In this document: positions 28,807-42,327 of the stretch, one piece after another | Numbering within the stretch: the first letter of the stretch is position 1 | How the letters are laid out: the number at the start of each line of letters is the position of its first letter | Assembly: GCA_009914755.4 (NCBI GenBank) | Contig: CP068257.2 | Location: forward strand, 44,064,001-44,128,000 | Direction: 5' to 3' | From: the human T2T-CHM13v2.0 reference genome, Homo sapiens | DNA length: 64,000 nt | Notes under the pieces: model-generated | The model's input: only the letters and a program-made list of their open reading frames with translations | What the model was told of the DNA's origin: nothing | Databases searched by the model: none | Position numbers and translations under genes: made by a program

Positions 28807-30398
28807 TTACAGATGTTTTTTGCACTTTTCTGTTCTTTCCAGCTTTCTGCACAGAGAGCTGGCATGTGTTTGGCAACCAGGGGACACATAGGCATCCTAG
28901 AGAGTGGCTCTGAGCACATGGCCTGCCGTCTGCGGCCTAGTGGCCTGCTCTCGAGGGAGGCTCTGGGGCAGGCCTCTGAAGAACTAATTCTCCATCAGGG
29001 ATTGGTGATCATATGGGCAGTTGTCTAGAGAGTCTAGCAGATATATTTTAGGCAACTTCACTACCCTGGTGAGAGGCCAGACAGACTTCCTATGTCTAGT
29101 TCTGATAATGAGAGTGACCCATTCAGAAAAGGGTTAAGTAAAAATAGTGAATTTTAAAATTTTAATAAGTTCATGTACTAACTGACATTGAAACAAAAAT
29201 CATTTCGTAAATCATTACAAGTTGATAGTGAGTAAAGCCCATCAGTGTAATTTTGTAAGATTGAAACATGGGTATATGTATCTATATTGACACATACCTG
29301 AAGTATGATCTATCTTAGATATGAAAGTGAAATAAAAAGTACACATTGTGGGCAGATACTGAGTGTCTGGAAGGAGGGAAGGGGCTGCTGTCCCAGCAAG
29401 GGAGCACAGCCCGCACAACACGCAGGTTGGATGCCAGGCCCGGGGTCGAGCTCAGGGTCTGTGGGATCTGCATTCCCTGGCCTTGTCAGTCATGTCATGG
29501 CCATGCCACTTTTGAGGTGGAGGAGTAAAGAAGTTCACCTGCTGACTGCTTCCTTCTTTTTCCGCTGAGACCATCACCGAGAGTGGTAATTATTTATAAT
29601 AGAAATGGTGATTACTGGTGGATTCTGTGATAGGAATTAAGTTGAATCTTCCTTGCCCGTCCTCCTCCAGCATAAGCTGTTTTAAATTCTAGCTCCCCCA
29701 CATCCTGCTTCTTGTTGGCACTGTAAAACTCTCAATTCACTCACCTGGAGGGGGTAAGTTAATGAGACACTCTCTCCCCCAGATCTGGAGAAATTCAGAG
29801 TCAAGGCTGTCCCCCTCCTGAAGTCAGATCCTTCCTGTGGCCTATTTAGGTTTTAGGTAAAAACATAGCATTTGCTCATTTTCCTTTATTGAGATATGTT
29901 GAAGTCTGAGCTCCTATTAACACATTTATCGAAAATGGAACCTATGAGCAAATTCCTAGGAGCTGCATTTCCAGGGGTGTCCAGCTGTGACCCACCCCGC
30001 CCCCTCCCGGTGTTACCCTGAGTTATGAGAATGCAGTCTTTGGAAGTGGTGGGCTAAAACACTCCACAGGGTGGTGCATGGGGGCTGCCCACACTCCCTG
30101 CTGCTTTCTGCTCTCTGCTTGTTCATCCTCTCCCAACGGGGCAGCCCCAGAAGCCAACACTGCATGTTGGAAGGAGTCCCAGCCCTGCCCCTGCCAAGCG
30201 AGGTGGGGACAGCTGGGAATCTCGCTGCCTTCATGGTGGCGGGCCAGGCTGCTCTGTAACACGAACATTAAAACTGATTTGAGGTGTTAGCGGTGTCACT
30301 GTAAGTGTGAGAATGAGAAGCGGTGTGAGACGTGTAGATTTGTGGGCAGTGATGGGGAACAGCAAGGGTGGGGTGCCTCGGTGGGATCTGAAAGAGAA

Positions 30399-30464
30399 CC
30401 CGCCCCCCTCAGCTGGAGTGGCACTCTGTAACCCGCCCCCCCTCAGCTGGAGTGGCACTCTGTT
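30399..30464. repeat. Tandem duplication of two copies of a 33-bp GC-box-containing unit (cccgccccc(c)tcagctggagtggcactctgt).
   Basis: cccgcccccctcagctggagtggcactctgtaa (30399-30431) is followed by cccgccccccctcagctggagtggcactctgtt (30432-30464). The ccgcccc core is an Sp1-like GC box. Confidence 0.85.
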
Positions 30465-30932
30465 GGCTGTTGTTTTCAGGCTGTTGGGCCGTGAGGCTGC
30501 TTTGGTCTGAGAAAGTGGGTGGCAGGAGGACAGGACGGCCTCTCTGTGAGGGAGGCACTGACTCTCAGGAGATGCTGTCATTGGGATACTACAGTATTCC
30601 ATGAACTTCCTCTATAACTTAAATGATGAAAGTTACAGATAATAGCTCAAATAAACTGTTGTGAGCCGTTAAGTATGGCAGTTTGTATCATGGTTAAATC
30701 TGCAGAAGGTGTAACATTTTGCTTGGGTTTTTTTTTGCCTTATTACTGGCCGTGTTTTAAAAATATCTTTCTTATGAAGAAATTCTGTCGTGGCTGTGTG
30801 ATTTCCCCTGCGATGCTAGGATGTGTTTGCAAACCAGTGGCAATGCCAGAGCCTGGGCCCTGGGCTGCGGTGCGTTGGCTGGGTGTGGTCTGTGGTAGCT
30901 TCCACCTGCTGCCTGCGCTTGGGAAGTGCCCT

Positions 30933-30977
30933 GACCTCTGAGCAGATGACCTCTGAGCAGATGACCTCTGAGCAGAT
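30933..30977. repeat. 15-bp tandem repeat of three copies (gacctctgagcagat).
   Basis: gacctctgagcagat gacctctgagcagat gacctctgagcagat ggtttctgatgg. Confidence 0.9.
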
Positions 30978-32489
30978 GGTTTCTGATGGTGGTTTTTTTT
31001 CTGATTAATTGAATTACAAGTATCCTGTGGTAGGTACAGGGTTTTCCCTTTCCCTTGTCCAATAAATCTTAACTTCATTCTGTGATTTTTAGAAAAGGAA
31101 GAATGCCCACAGATGTGGAGGCACAGATGCCCTGGGCCTCGCAGCAAGCTTGTCCTTAACAACCCATTCTCCTTCAGGCCCTGCCACTTAGGGAGAAGAC
31201 TGTGGGGGCAGTGCCTGCCTGTCCTCTCTCCATTAAGCCTCTGCTGGGGGCCTGCCTCCACAGTGCTCTTCCCGGTCTCAGAGTGGCAGGGGACACACAG
31301 GCAGGGTTCTTACCACCATGGAGCTTATTTCTGGTGGGTGGAGGGAGGGCCCACAACCAAAGAAAGTGACTTACAAACACAGCAGGCACATGCTACATGG
31401 AGAGCAGGGAGGCTGAGCAGGAGTGGCTGAGGGGCTGCCTGGAGGGTGGGCAAGGGAGGACTTTCGGAGGAGGAGGTGTTGGAACTGGGTGGCAGGGGGG
31501 AGCCAGGCATGTGTCTAGGCAGGAGGCGTGCATGGAGCAAAGACCTGATGGAGGAAAGGAAGGGGTGGGGGGCAGCTGGGGTGAGGAAGCCAGTGCAGGA
31601 GATGAGGTCAGGAGAGCAGGCCCCCTCTAGGAGGTCAGGTGTCACCCTCAGGGCAGTGGACAGCATGGCCCCAGGCCCCACTGCAGAGGCTCGCCCTGGC
31701 TGTGGGGAAGGCACTGGGGTGCAGGTTTGGTACGGAGGCCGCAGGTGCCCAGGCAGTGTGGTTAGGCCTGCTGAGATGTGGTGCGTGCCGAGGCTGCCAA
31801 TGGGACTGGAAGGAGGACTCAGACCTGACTCCGAGGGGCCTGAGCAACTCAGGCAGGATGACGTGGGGAGGATCAGGTCCAAGGTAGGAGGGGTTAAGGA
31901 TTTGGTCTTGGACTTCAGGTAATAGACGTCCAAGTGGCTTGGCCAGGTAGGCAGTGGATATGGGAGTTCATGGGGGAGAGCAGGGGCAAGGAGATTAATT
32001 TAGGAAATTATCAGCAGAGAAAGAGAGCATGGCTATGGACTGGGTGGGCTCATCTAGGGGAGAGGAGCAGAGGTCCAGGCCCAACACCCAGGGGCCTGTG
32101 GCTGGAGCCCAGAAGAGACTGGTGTGGTTGGAACTCCAGGTGGGGCTTGCTCCACTCTATCCTGGGTGCTCATGCCCCAGATCTCTGTGTGCTCAAGGAG
32201 CGTTGGCAGCATCCTGACCCGCCCTGCTCACATGCCCCATCCCTGCTTTCCCCTGTCAGTGGGTTGCAGGCCCATGATCCCGCCAGGCCTGTCCATCTGT
32301 CCCTGTGTCGCAGACAGTGCCAACCTTCCCTGATGTTTGTGTCTCCCGCCTGAGGCCTGCCTGTGTTTCCAGTGTCTTCCACCACGGCATTCAGGATGTG
32401 GAGGACAGTGACCCGCGTGTGGCTCCCATGGCTGGCCTGGCTGGTCTGGAAAGCATGCGTTCTGCTTTCCTGGCCAGATCGTCTTTTCA

Positions 32490-33060
32490 TGTGCTTATTT
32501 GCCATCTGTATATTTTCTTTGAAGTACCTGATCAAATATTTTGCTCATTTTAAAAACTGGGTTGTTTATTTTCTTATTGAGCTTTGAGAATTTTTTCTGT
32601 ATATATTCTGGATACAGTCTTTTATGGGGTATGTGTTTTGCAAATATTTTCTCTCAGTCTGTAGCCTGACTTTTCATTTTTATAACAGTGACTTGAAGAT
32701 GAAAAGTTTTAAAATTTGGTAACCTCCAACATCAGTTTTTTCTTTTGTAGTTCATGCCTTTTGTATCATGCTTAAGAATTCTTTGTTAAATTGAAGGTCT
32801 TTAAGATTTTATCTTATTCATTCTTCTATAAGCTTTATAGTTTTGACTATTACATTTAAGTCTATGATCCATTTTGAATTAACTCTATATTGGATGCAAA
32901 GAAAATGTCAAGGTTCTTATTTTTCTTGTTTTTAAAAATACAATGTCCAGTTGTTCCAGCACCATTTCTTGAAAAGATTATCTGTTCCTCATTAAGTTGC
33001 CTGGGAAGCTTTGTCAAAATCACTTGTTCATATGTGTGTGTTTTCAGGATATCTGGGATT
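32490..33060 (-). mobile_element. Old L1 (L1M) ORF2 3'-region fragment.
   Basis: Reverse-complement L1 motifs: …catctgtatattttctttgaagtacctgatcaaatattttgctcattttaaaaactgggttgtttattttcttattgagctttgagaattttttctgtatatattctggatacagtc…gtttttaaaaatacaatgtccagttgttccagcaccatttcttgaaaagattatctgttcctcattaagttgcct…. Confidence 0.6.
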
Positions 33061-33569
33061 TGTTTTAATACAGTGTGCTAAGACATGAGACATAGAAATG
33101 ACTGTCATGAAGGAAGAAAGTGTTTGTACCCACAGCTCCCTGGAAGCAGGAGCACGGCTGCCAGGCAGGGCCACATGGGAAGCACCGGGTAGGTCAAGAG
33201 GCAGAGAGAGCAAGGGGACAATGTGGGCAGGGAAAGCCTCACTGTGGTCTCCACAGGAGGAATGGGTGAGGCAGGGGGAGCAGGCTTAGGAGTGGCACTT
33301 TGAATCATTTCAGCAGGCCCTTGGGTGTAGGGTCTGTCCCTAGTTGTCTGGTGCCTGGCCTTGGGTGATTGGGGCAGGTGGGGAGTGGCCCCATGTGAGA
33401 GGAGGTGGTTGGGGTGTGGGCTCTGGATTGGTGGGTTTGTATTTGAAAGGTACACTCCAGGATGGGTTGTTTGCTATTTCTAGGAATTGGCTAACGCTGG
33501 GAGGGCAGTCCCTCCAGGTCAGCAAGCCCTGGATGTCAAAGCATCAGACACAGAAAAGGAAAAACATGG

Positions 33570-36500
33570 TTAATACTGTGTGCAGACTATTTCTGGACTG
33601 TATTCTATTCCATGGGTCAATTTATTTATCTTTATAACTAGCTTTATAATAAATCTTGAAATCGGGCAGTATAAGCCCTCCCATTTTGTTCTCTTTTTCA
33701 AAGTTCTTTGGCTGGTTTATTTCCTCGGTATCTTCATACAAATTCTAGAATTAGATTAGTTCAGCTTTTGGTTGGGGTTGCACTGAATTGATAGATCACT
33801 TGTGGAGGTTGGTATCTTGTTAAAGGAAGTGCTTGGAGGGTACGGTCTAACTTTGTTCCTGAATTTAGGGGTAAACATTCAGTTTTCACCCTTGTGTATA
33901 CTGCTAGCTGTATGTTTCAACTGGAGGTCCTTTATCAGGTTCAGAAAGAGTCCTTAAATTCCCAGGTTGCTGAGGATTTTTATCATGAGTTAATACTGAA
34001 TTTTGTCAAATGTTGTCTCTGTATCTATTGAGATGATCATATGGTGTTTCTTTTTTGTTTATATGGTGAATTACATTGATAGCTTTAAAAAACAATAGTA
34101 AGCCAGTTGCATTTCTGGGTTAAAACCCACTTTATCTGCATGTATTTATTTTATATTGTTGGATTTTTATATGCTAAAATTTAAGAATTTTGGCATCTAT
34201 ATTTCTGAGGAATATTGATGTCTTTTCTTATGTGTATTTTTCTGATTTTTTATCATGTTAATGCTTGCCTTATAGAATGAATTGGGAAGTATTCTCTCAT
34301 CTTCAGTTTTCTAGATGAGTTAGTAAGAAATTGATATTATTTCTTCCTTGTATATTTTATTTTATAGAATTCACCTGCAAAGTCATCTCGGTCAGCACTT
34401 TTCTTTGTGGGAAGGTTTTATCTTGAATGCAGTTTCTTTGGTATGTATATAGGATTATTTAATTCTCCTTAAGTGAGTTTTGATTATTTGATTCTTGTAA
34501 GAACTTGCTCCATCTAAGTTAGCAGATTTACTGACATGCAGTAGTTCATAGCATCCGCTTATTGTATTTATTTATTTATTGAGGTGAAATTCACTTAAAA
34601 TGCAATTAAAGTGCACTTAAAATGCAATTAAAGTACACCAAATTAAAGTGTACAATTTGGTGCATTCAGAATGTTGTACAACCAGTACCCAGTTTCAAGA
34701 CTTTTTCAAAACTTTTTTGTTACCACGAAGGAATACCTCCCACCCATTAAGTAATCACTCCTGGTCTCCCCCTGTCCTTATGCCCTGGAAACCACTAACC
34801 TGCTTTTTGTCTCTATGGACTTGCCTGTTCTAGATATTTCATCTGAAGAAATAATGCAATATATAACCTTTTACGTCTGGGTTCTTTCACTTAGCCCCGC
34901 TTGGAGGTTCATCTGTAACACGTGCTGTACTTCATTCCTTTTGATGTCTGCAGAATACTCCACTGATGCCTGTACCAGATGTGTTTATCCATTCATTTGC
35001 TGATGGACATTTGGGTTGTTTCCCCGTGTTGGCTATTATGAATAGCACTGTTATGAACAAGTATCTGCTTACATGTGTATTTTTAATTCTTTTGGGTCTG
35101 TACCTAGGAGGGAAGTTGCTGTCCTATGGTGATTCTATGTTTAACTTTTTGAGGAACTGCCAGACTGTTTTCCACCCTAGCAGCACCATTTTTCATTTCC
35201 ACCAGCGATGTATGAGGTTGCCTGTTTCTCCAGGTCCTCACCAACACTTCTGTTAGACTTTTTTGATTATAGCCATTCTGGTGTGAAGTGGTATCACATT
35301 GTGGTTTGACCTAATTGTCTTCATAATATCTTTTGTGTCTGTATAATGTTCTATTTCTCATTCTTGATATTGGTAATTTGGGCCTTCTACCTTTTTTCTT
35401 GGTCAGTGCAACTAGATATTTATCAATATTATGTGCCTTATTAAAGAACCAACTTTCGGTTTTATTAATTTTCTGTATTTTTTACTTCTATTTATATATT
35501 TTTAGAGACAGAGGCTTGCTCTGTAACCTTGAACTTCTTGGCTCACGTGATCTTCCTGCCTCTGCCTCTCAAGTAGCTAGGATTACAGGGATGTTCCACC
35601 ATCTACCATGCCTGGTTAATGTAAAAAAATTTTTTTGTAGAGAGTAGGTCTTGCTATGTTGCCCAGGCTGGTCTCAAACTCCTGGCTTCAAGTGATCTTC
35701 CCACTTTAGTCTCCTGAAGCAAGTATTTTTAAAATGGCTTTTCAGCTTATAGATTTTTATTCTTTATTTCCTTTCTTCTGCTTGTTTTGCTCTGTTTTAG
35801 TAAGCTTAGGTAATGGATTTGAGACCTTTTATTTCCCTAATATAATCATTTAGTGCTGTTGATTTCCCTCTTGGTACTGCTTTTACTGCCTCCCACATAT
35901 TTTGATATGTAGTGTTTTCATTTTTATTCAGGTCAAAATGCTTTCTTATTTCCATTGTGTTTTTTCTTTGACCCATATGTTATTTAGACATGTGCTGTTT
36001 ATTTTCCAAGTATTTGGAAAACTTCCCAAATACTTTTTTGTTCCTGTTTTCTAATTTAATTGATTTCTAATTTAATTCCATTGTGGTCAGGAAACATTTT
36101 TTTTATTCCTTTACAGTTTTATTGAAATTTAAAAAAAATTTTCAGAATATTACCTTTGAAAATATCTCATGACCACTTGAAAAGAAGGCATATTCTGTTA
36201 TAATTGTGTGGAGTGTTCTATAAATGTCAGTTAAATAATGTTGGATGATAATGTTATTTGAGTCTCCTATATCCCGTACTGATCTTCTGTGTAGGTTTTT
36301 ACAAAATCAGTTATTGAAAGAGAAGTGTAGAAAGCTTCCATTATAATTGTGGATTTATCTATTTGGTGGGGGGTTGCTTTATATATTTTTAAGCTCTTTA
36401 TTAGGTGTGTGAACGTTTAGGGTTATTATTTTCTCTTGATAAACTGACCCCTTAATTATTATATAATGTCCTTATTTACTTGTGGTAATATTATGTACCC

Positions 36501-36790
36501 TGAAATCTACTTTTTCTGATATTAAGATAGTCACTCCACCTTTTTTTTATTAGAGTTAACATGTCACATTTTTTCCCATCCTTTTTCTTTTAACCTCTGT
36601 GTATGTTTATATTTAAAGTGGGTTTCTTACAAATAGCTTATAGCGTGGTCTTGTTTTTTTATCAAGTCTTAAAAGGTACATTTTAATTGGGATGTTGAGA
36701 CCATTCATATTTAATGTGATTATTGATATGGTTGGGTATAAATCTGTCATTTTGCTGTTGGATTTCTATTTTTCCCACTTGTTATTAGAG
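33570..36790 (-). mobile_element. Composite block of old L1 (L1M) sequence of about 3.2 kb: an ORF2 middle portion (33570-34558), an L1 3' end with a T-rich head at 34560 (34560-35490), and an ORF2 5' portion (35722-36790), with a nested Alu-like piece at 35500-35722. It probably represents at least two nested L1 insertions.
   Basis: The reverse complement of the L1 3' end: tttatttatttattgaggtgaaattcacttaaaatgcaattaaagtgcac…gtacaatttggtgcattcagaatgttgtacaaccagtacc…atggacttgcctgttctagatatttcatctgaagaaataatgcaatatataaccttttacgtctgggttctttcacttagc…gaatagcactgttatgaacaagtatctgc…. ORF2 N-terminal region, reverse complement: …ccattgtggtcaggaaacattttttttattcc…aatgttggatgataatgttatttgagtc…gtgattattgatatggttgggtataaatctgtcattttgctgttggatttctatttttcc…. 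Confidence 0.65.
35500..35722 (-). mobile_element. Alu-like SINE fragment (old and rearranged), nested in the L1.
   Basis: tttagagacagaggcttgctctgt…ggctcacgtgatcttcctgcctctgcctctcaagtagctaggattacagg…gagtaggtcttgctatgttgcccaggctggtctcaaactcctggcttcaagtgatcttcccactt. Confidence 0.7.
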
Positions 36791-37639
36791 TCCCCTTTTT
36801 TCTCTCATTCTCCTTTATTTTGGATTGAGTACTTTCTATGATCAGTTTTATTACCTTTACTAGCTTTGTTGCCCACACAATGGGTGGGTTCAATTGCTTG
36901 GCCACCAATAGTACAATGAGCTCAACCAAGGAGGATTTAACAAGGGAATCTAAAATTGCAGCAAGTAAGGAGGACACCAGGGATAAATCTCCAAAGCAAC
37001 GCCTCCCTGAACAACGCTGAAAACACCGTTTTTAGGCTCGTTAGCTGAATCATTGTGTGTAGAAGGTACAGTCAAGGCAGCACAGGCACAGTTGTCAGTC
37101 ATGCTTCTACATACATCACAGGTATACAAGATGGCAAATAAGCTCTTCTCTGGGCGGAGTTTTTAGTGTGGTAATGAGGAGAGTTTGCCAAAGTTCATCT
37201 CCAACTGAGGCCTCTCTGGATCTAACTGGCTTTTGTTTCACCAGCACTGGGCTTCTTCCTGGAACTTTTCTTAAACAACAACTCAAGATGCAACAGTTAA
37301 AGTGGATACTTTTTACAGTATATGCCTGAAAACCTGAGGACATTGGGTTGCAGCTTATTAGCTTTATCTCTGTGTTTTCAGAGGTTGCTTTAGGATTTGT
37401 TGTATATTTCCTTAAGCTACCATAGTCATCTGCAAGTAATATCATACCAGTTCACATATAATGTAAGAACATTACCAAAGTATACCCTCTCACTTCTGGC
37501 TATTACATTATGCCCTTATCTCCTCACTTCGATATTGTCATAAGCCCCACAATGCATTGCCTTTTTTTTTTTCTTTTGCTTTACATAGTCTATTATCTTT
37601 GAAAGCAATCTTAAAAAATTAAGAACAAAAGGCTTTTAT

Positions 37640-38340
37640 ATTTTACATATTTTCTGTTTCAATGGTTTTCACTTCTTTTTGTAGATCCAGATTTCCTTCT
37701 GGTATTATTTTCCTTTTGTATTTTGTACTTCTTTTAATATTATTTGCAGTTCAGGTATGTTGGATAATGAATTATTTTAGCTTTTGTTTGTTAGAAAAAA
37801 TCTTCTTTTTACTTTTATATTTGAAAGTTATTTTTACTATGTATAGTATTCCAGGTTGGTAGCCTTTTCTTTCATTACTTTAGAGATAGAATTCAATTGG
37901 CTCCTGACTTGCACTGTTTCTGAAAAGTTCTCTGTTCACCCTGTCTGTGCTTGTCTCTTTGTACATAGTTTCCTATTTTAAAAAATTAATTATATTGTGT
38001 ATATCTAAGGTACACAATATAATGTTATAAAATACAGATAATAAAAAGGTTCCTGTAGTGAAGCAAATTAACATACCCATCATCTCACATAGGTACCCAG
38101 TTTTGATTTGTTTTGTTTTTCTGTGGCAAGAGCAGCAAATGAGTAGATTTTAGCTGCTCTTGCCATAATGTTTCTTTTTTACTGGCTGCCTTTACGATTT
38201 TTTTTTTTTTTACATAATTTGATTATGACGTGCCTTGGTTTAGTTTAATGTTATTTATTTATTTATTTATTTGTGGTTGGGGATTGTTGACCTTTCTGAA
38301 TCTATGTATGGGCTTAAATTTTCATCCATTTTTGAAAACT
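37640..38340 (-). mobile_element. Probable old L1 fragment from the ORF1/ORF2 junction region.
   Basis: AT-rich sequence with L1-like strings (…tccagatttccttctggtattattttccttttgtattttgtacttcttttaatattatttgcagttcaggt…). This is a weaker match than the other L1 blocks. Confidence 0.4.
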
Positions 38341-38347
38341 TTTTGTA

Positions 38348-38614
38348 ATTTTTTTTGTCTGTTTTAGAGACAAGGCCTCGTTCTGTCACCCAGGCTGGAG
38401 TGCAGTGATGCAATCACAGTTCAGAGTAGACTTGAATTCCTGGGCTCAGGTAATCCTCCAACCTCAGCCTCCTGAGTAGCTGGACTACAGGTGTGTGCCA
38501 CCATGCCTGGCTGATTTTAAAAATGTTTTTGTATAGATGGAGTCTCACTGTGTTGTCCAGGCTGGTCTCAAACTCCTGGGCTCTCAGAGTGCTGGGATTA
38601 CAGGCTTGAGCCAC
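38348..38614 (-). mobile_element. Alu SINE with an internal deletion; probable TSD ttttgt(a/c)att.
   Basis: A poly-T, then gtctgttttagagacaaggcctcgttctgtcacccaggctggagtgcagtgatgcaatc…ctgggattacaggcttgagccactctgccctgcc. Confidence 0.9.
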
Positions 38615-38892
38615 TCTGCCCTGCCTTTTGTCATTATTTTTTAAAATATGTTTTTGGCTTGTCCCATCCCCTGCTTCTGGGTCTCCAATTACACATATAT
38701 TTTTGTCTTTTGGGAGTAGAGAATCTTTATCTGTGTTTTATTTTAGGTAGTTTCTGTCTGCACAGATTATTCTGTCTGTACATTGACTGATCTTTTCTTT
38801 TGTGGTCTAATATGGTGTTAATCCCAGTCAGTATATTTTTTTAAATCTCAGATGTATTTTTCATCTCTGCATGCTTGATTTGTGTGTTTTAA

Positions 38893-39559
<667 letters not shown>

Positions 39560-41455
39560 TATAATAGCTGTTTTAATGTCTTTGTGTACTAATGATCTCT
39601 GTGTGTATAATTTCTGAGTTTGTATCTTACTGATCAACCAATCTCATTATGAGATATATTTTTGTGCTTCTTTGCATGCCTCGTCAGTTTTGGACGGATG
39701 AAAGACATCGTAAACTTTGTATTGTTGGACTCTGCATTCTTTTAAAATATTTTGAACTATGTTTTGGAATGCATTTAAGTTACTTGGAAAGTTCAGATTT
39801 TTTGGCAGCTTGTTGCTGACTTTGTTAAGCATTGCCTAGTGTAGTACCCCAGCTTAGTCTGCTGCCAGTGCAGTCATTTGAGTGCTCAGTGTGGTGTCCC
39901 CTGTACTGCAAGGCTCCTGCAGCCTAGTTGTTGGGAGTAGGAACTCTTCCCAGATCTGTGTGAGCCATAGCTATTGTCTGTACTTTTTCTTTTCATTGGT
40001 TCTTCCCCCGACCTCCTGTAGTCCACTCACTCACATGTGCCCATCCATGTCCAGGCAGAGACTAGAGAATCCACCACAGACCTCTGGGATGTTTCTCTGT
40101 GCAGGGCATTCCTTTCTGGTACTCTGCCCTCTAATTCTAGCTTTTGCCTCCTGTGCTGTGGGGTCCTGAGTGCAGTGCATCCTGATGAGACGGTGCTGCA
40201 GGCCCAGCCCACCGACTTCCAGAGATGTCAGTTGCATCTCTCCCCTTTCCTCTCTGCCTTTGCCTCCCTGAATTCTCAACTCCGTTTCCAACTCCCCTGG
40301 CCTTGCCTGGGTTCCCCCTTCCTGTGCTGTGGCCCAGGCACTCTCCCCAGGCTGTAGGCTGCAGCAATTGTAGGATGCAACCCATTTGCTTCCCTTCTCT
40401 GGGGATCGTTGTCCTGTGCTGCCTGCTGCTCCATGTCTGAACACCCTCGTCTCATATCTTTTGTCTGACTTTTAAGTGAGGTGGGAGAGTCACCCCAGTC
40501 TCACTCTTTCTCTGTCACAGCTGACCATGGTCCAGGCTTTCTTATGTTTCTGTAGTCTTTGGACATCACTGGACAGAGGCCGGCTGTCTGTCTGTAGGAG
40601 TCTCTGCGCGGTGTTCACCTGCTAATTCAGTCTGCACAGGGAGAACCCTTGGCCTGTGGTCCAGGTGAAGGCCCTTCAGGGTGGAGCCGAGACTGTGGGT
40701 GTTCTGGGCTGTCCCGTCCCGTATACTCTCCCTGTGTTCTTACCTTCCCCTATAGATTCAGAGGGATTTGAGAATCAGCTGTGCCCCAGACGTCAGTCAG
40801 GCCGAGGACTGTGGGTCAAGGTTCAGGGACCCTGGGGTTCTGAGTCTTTATCAGTGTCGTGTATGTTCCAGACTCAGTTTAGAATTGAATCACTTTTTAT
40901 GGAATTCTTTCTCTGGGAAACTGTCTTTGACCTTCCCAATAACTGATTTATAAACATGTCTTTTTAATAGATGACTTTGGTTTGATAAAATTTGGTATCT
41001 AAGGTGATAGATTGTGATTTCTGTCTCTCTTTGGAAAGCCTATGATTTCCAATTTTAATTGTTTTTTCCTTCAACTGTTTACAGGACTGTCTACGAGAGA
41101 GAAGCTCCCCACGTGGTTCCGTGTAAGTAGTGCTTCTTATGATGCTGTCACAGGCGATATTTTTAGACTAAACGACTCTTTCGGTGTCAGCAGAGTTGAA
41201 AGTCTTGCTCTCAAGGGAAGCTGTGTGTCTCTGCTGACCCTCTGGATCCTGGTTTTATGTCTCATGGGGAACCTGCCTCAGGTCACACTACTGCCAAGAG
41301 CATGTAGTGTGAGTGACACGCGTTTTCCCTTCTTGCTTCTGTGGAACCAAAATTTTAAAAGAGGCAGTTTCCTCCCTCTCTGGTAACCTTTCTCCACAGT
41401 TAACCTGACCATGTAGACCAGCAGGAGCTGGAGGGCCAGTTGTTAGTGCACTTGG

Positions 41456-41495
41456 AGCCTACTGCACGAGCCTACCGCACAAGCCTACCGCACGC
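41456..41495. repeat. 12-bp tandem repeat of about three copies (gcctaccgcaca).
   Basis: gcctactgcacgagcctaccgcacaagcctaccgcacgcc. Confidence 0.8.
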
Positions 41496-42223
41496 CTTTG
41501 TTCTTGTGCCAACAGTGCCCACTGCCCGGTAGTGCCTGTGTGTGCGGTGGCCATGATGGCACCACAATGTCTGAAGCCACACAGTGCATGGGTGACATCT
41601 GTGGAAAGGACCTGGCACCGGCCAGCACACAGAGGCACTCACCTGTCTCACACAATGCACTGTGGTCCCAATTCTAGTTTTGTAAAACTACCTTGAGATG
41701 ACTCCTTTTAAAATTATCCTTAAGATGTCTTTCTTTTTCTAAAGCTTATTAAAGGTCATTTTCAAAACGTTTTCAGCAGGAACTTGGTGTATATTTGCAG
41801 TTCTGCATGGAAAACTAATGTAGTCATGATGGCTGCTGATGCTGATGAAGTAGTACCAGCCAGCCTGATTTCATAACTTCCATAGAATCACTCCCTTCTT
41901 CCTCCCAGTGCCCCTTTGAGATAGGGATTGTTATTCCCTGAGGCTTGGCGAGGTGAAGTAACTCACTCAGGTTATCTTGGTGCCAGTGGTGGGGCTGGGA
42001 TTTGAGCCAAGTCTTCCAACTTCACAATAGCAGAGTAAGAAGAGCTGCCTTGTTGATGGGACGTGGGTCGGAGCTCCCAGTGTGTCTTGCCTTCCTGGTG
42101 TGCTTGATGGCAGCCCTGGGCTGCTGTGAGGTCCTGAGCACAGTGCATCCTGAGGAGACAGTGCTGCGGGCCCCGCCTACTAACTTCCAGAGATGTCAGC
42201 TGCAGCAGGGCAGCGCCCTGGTT

Positions 42224-42327
42224 AGAGAGACGGCATGGGGAGTTGGCAGGGGGAGGCCCTCGGAGAGATGGCATGGGGAGTTGGCAGGGGGAGGCTCTCG
42301 GAGAGATGGCATGGAGGGGTTGGGGCC
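42224..42327. repeat. 39-bp tandem repeat of about 2.7 copies (gagagatggcatggggagttggcagggggaggc.ctcg).
   Basis: agagagacggcatggggagttggcagggggaggccctcg / gagagatggcatggggagttggcagggggaggctctcg / gagagatggcatggaggggttggggcc. Confidence 0.9.

Noticed and set aside
31325-31933. 202-aa minus-strand ORF (and neighbouring 139-172 aa ORFs) in the GC-rich 30.7-32.5 kb segment as a possible exon
   Set aside because: The composition is dominated by P/S/G/A/L with no recognisable domain, and overlapping ORFs of similar length occur in several frames on both strands. That is expected for 60% GC non-coding DNA. I saw no splice-site pair or conservation signal, so I left it unannotated.
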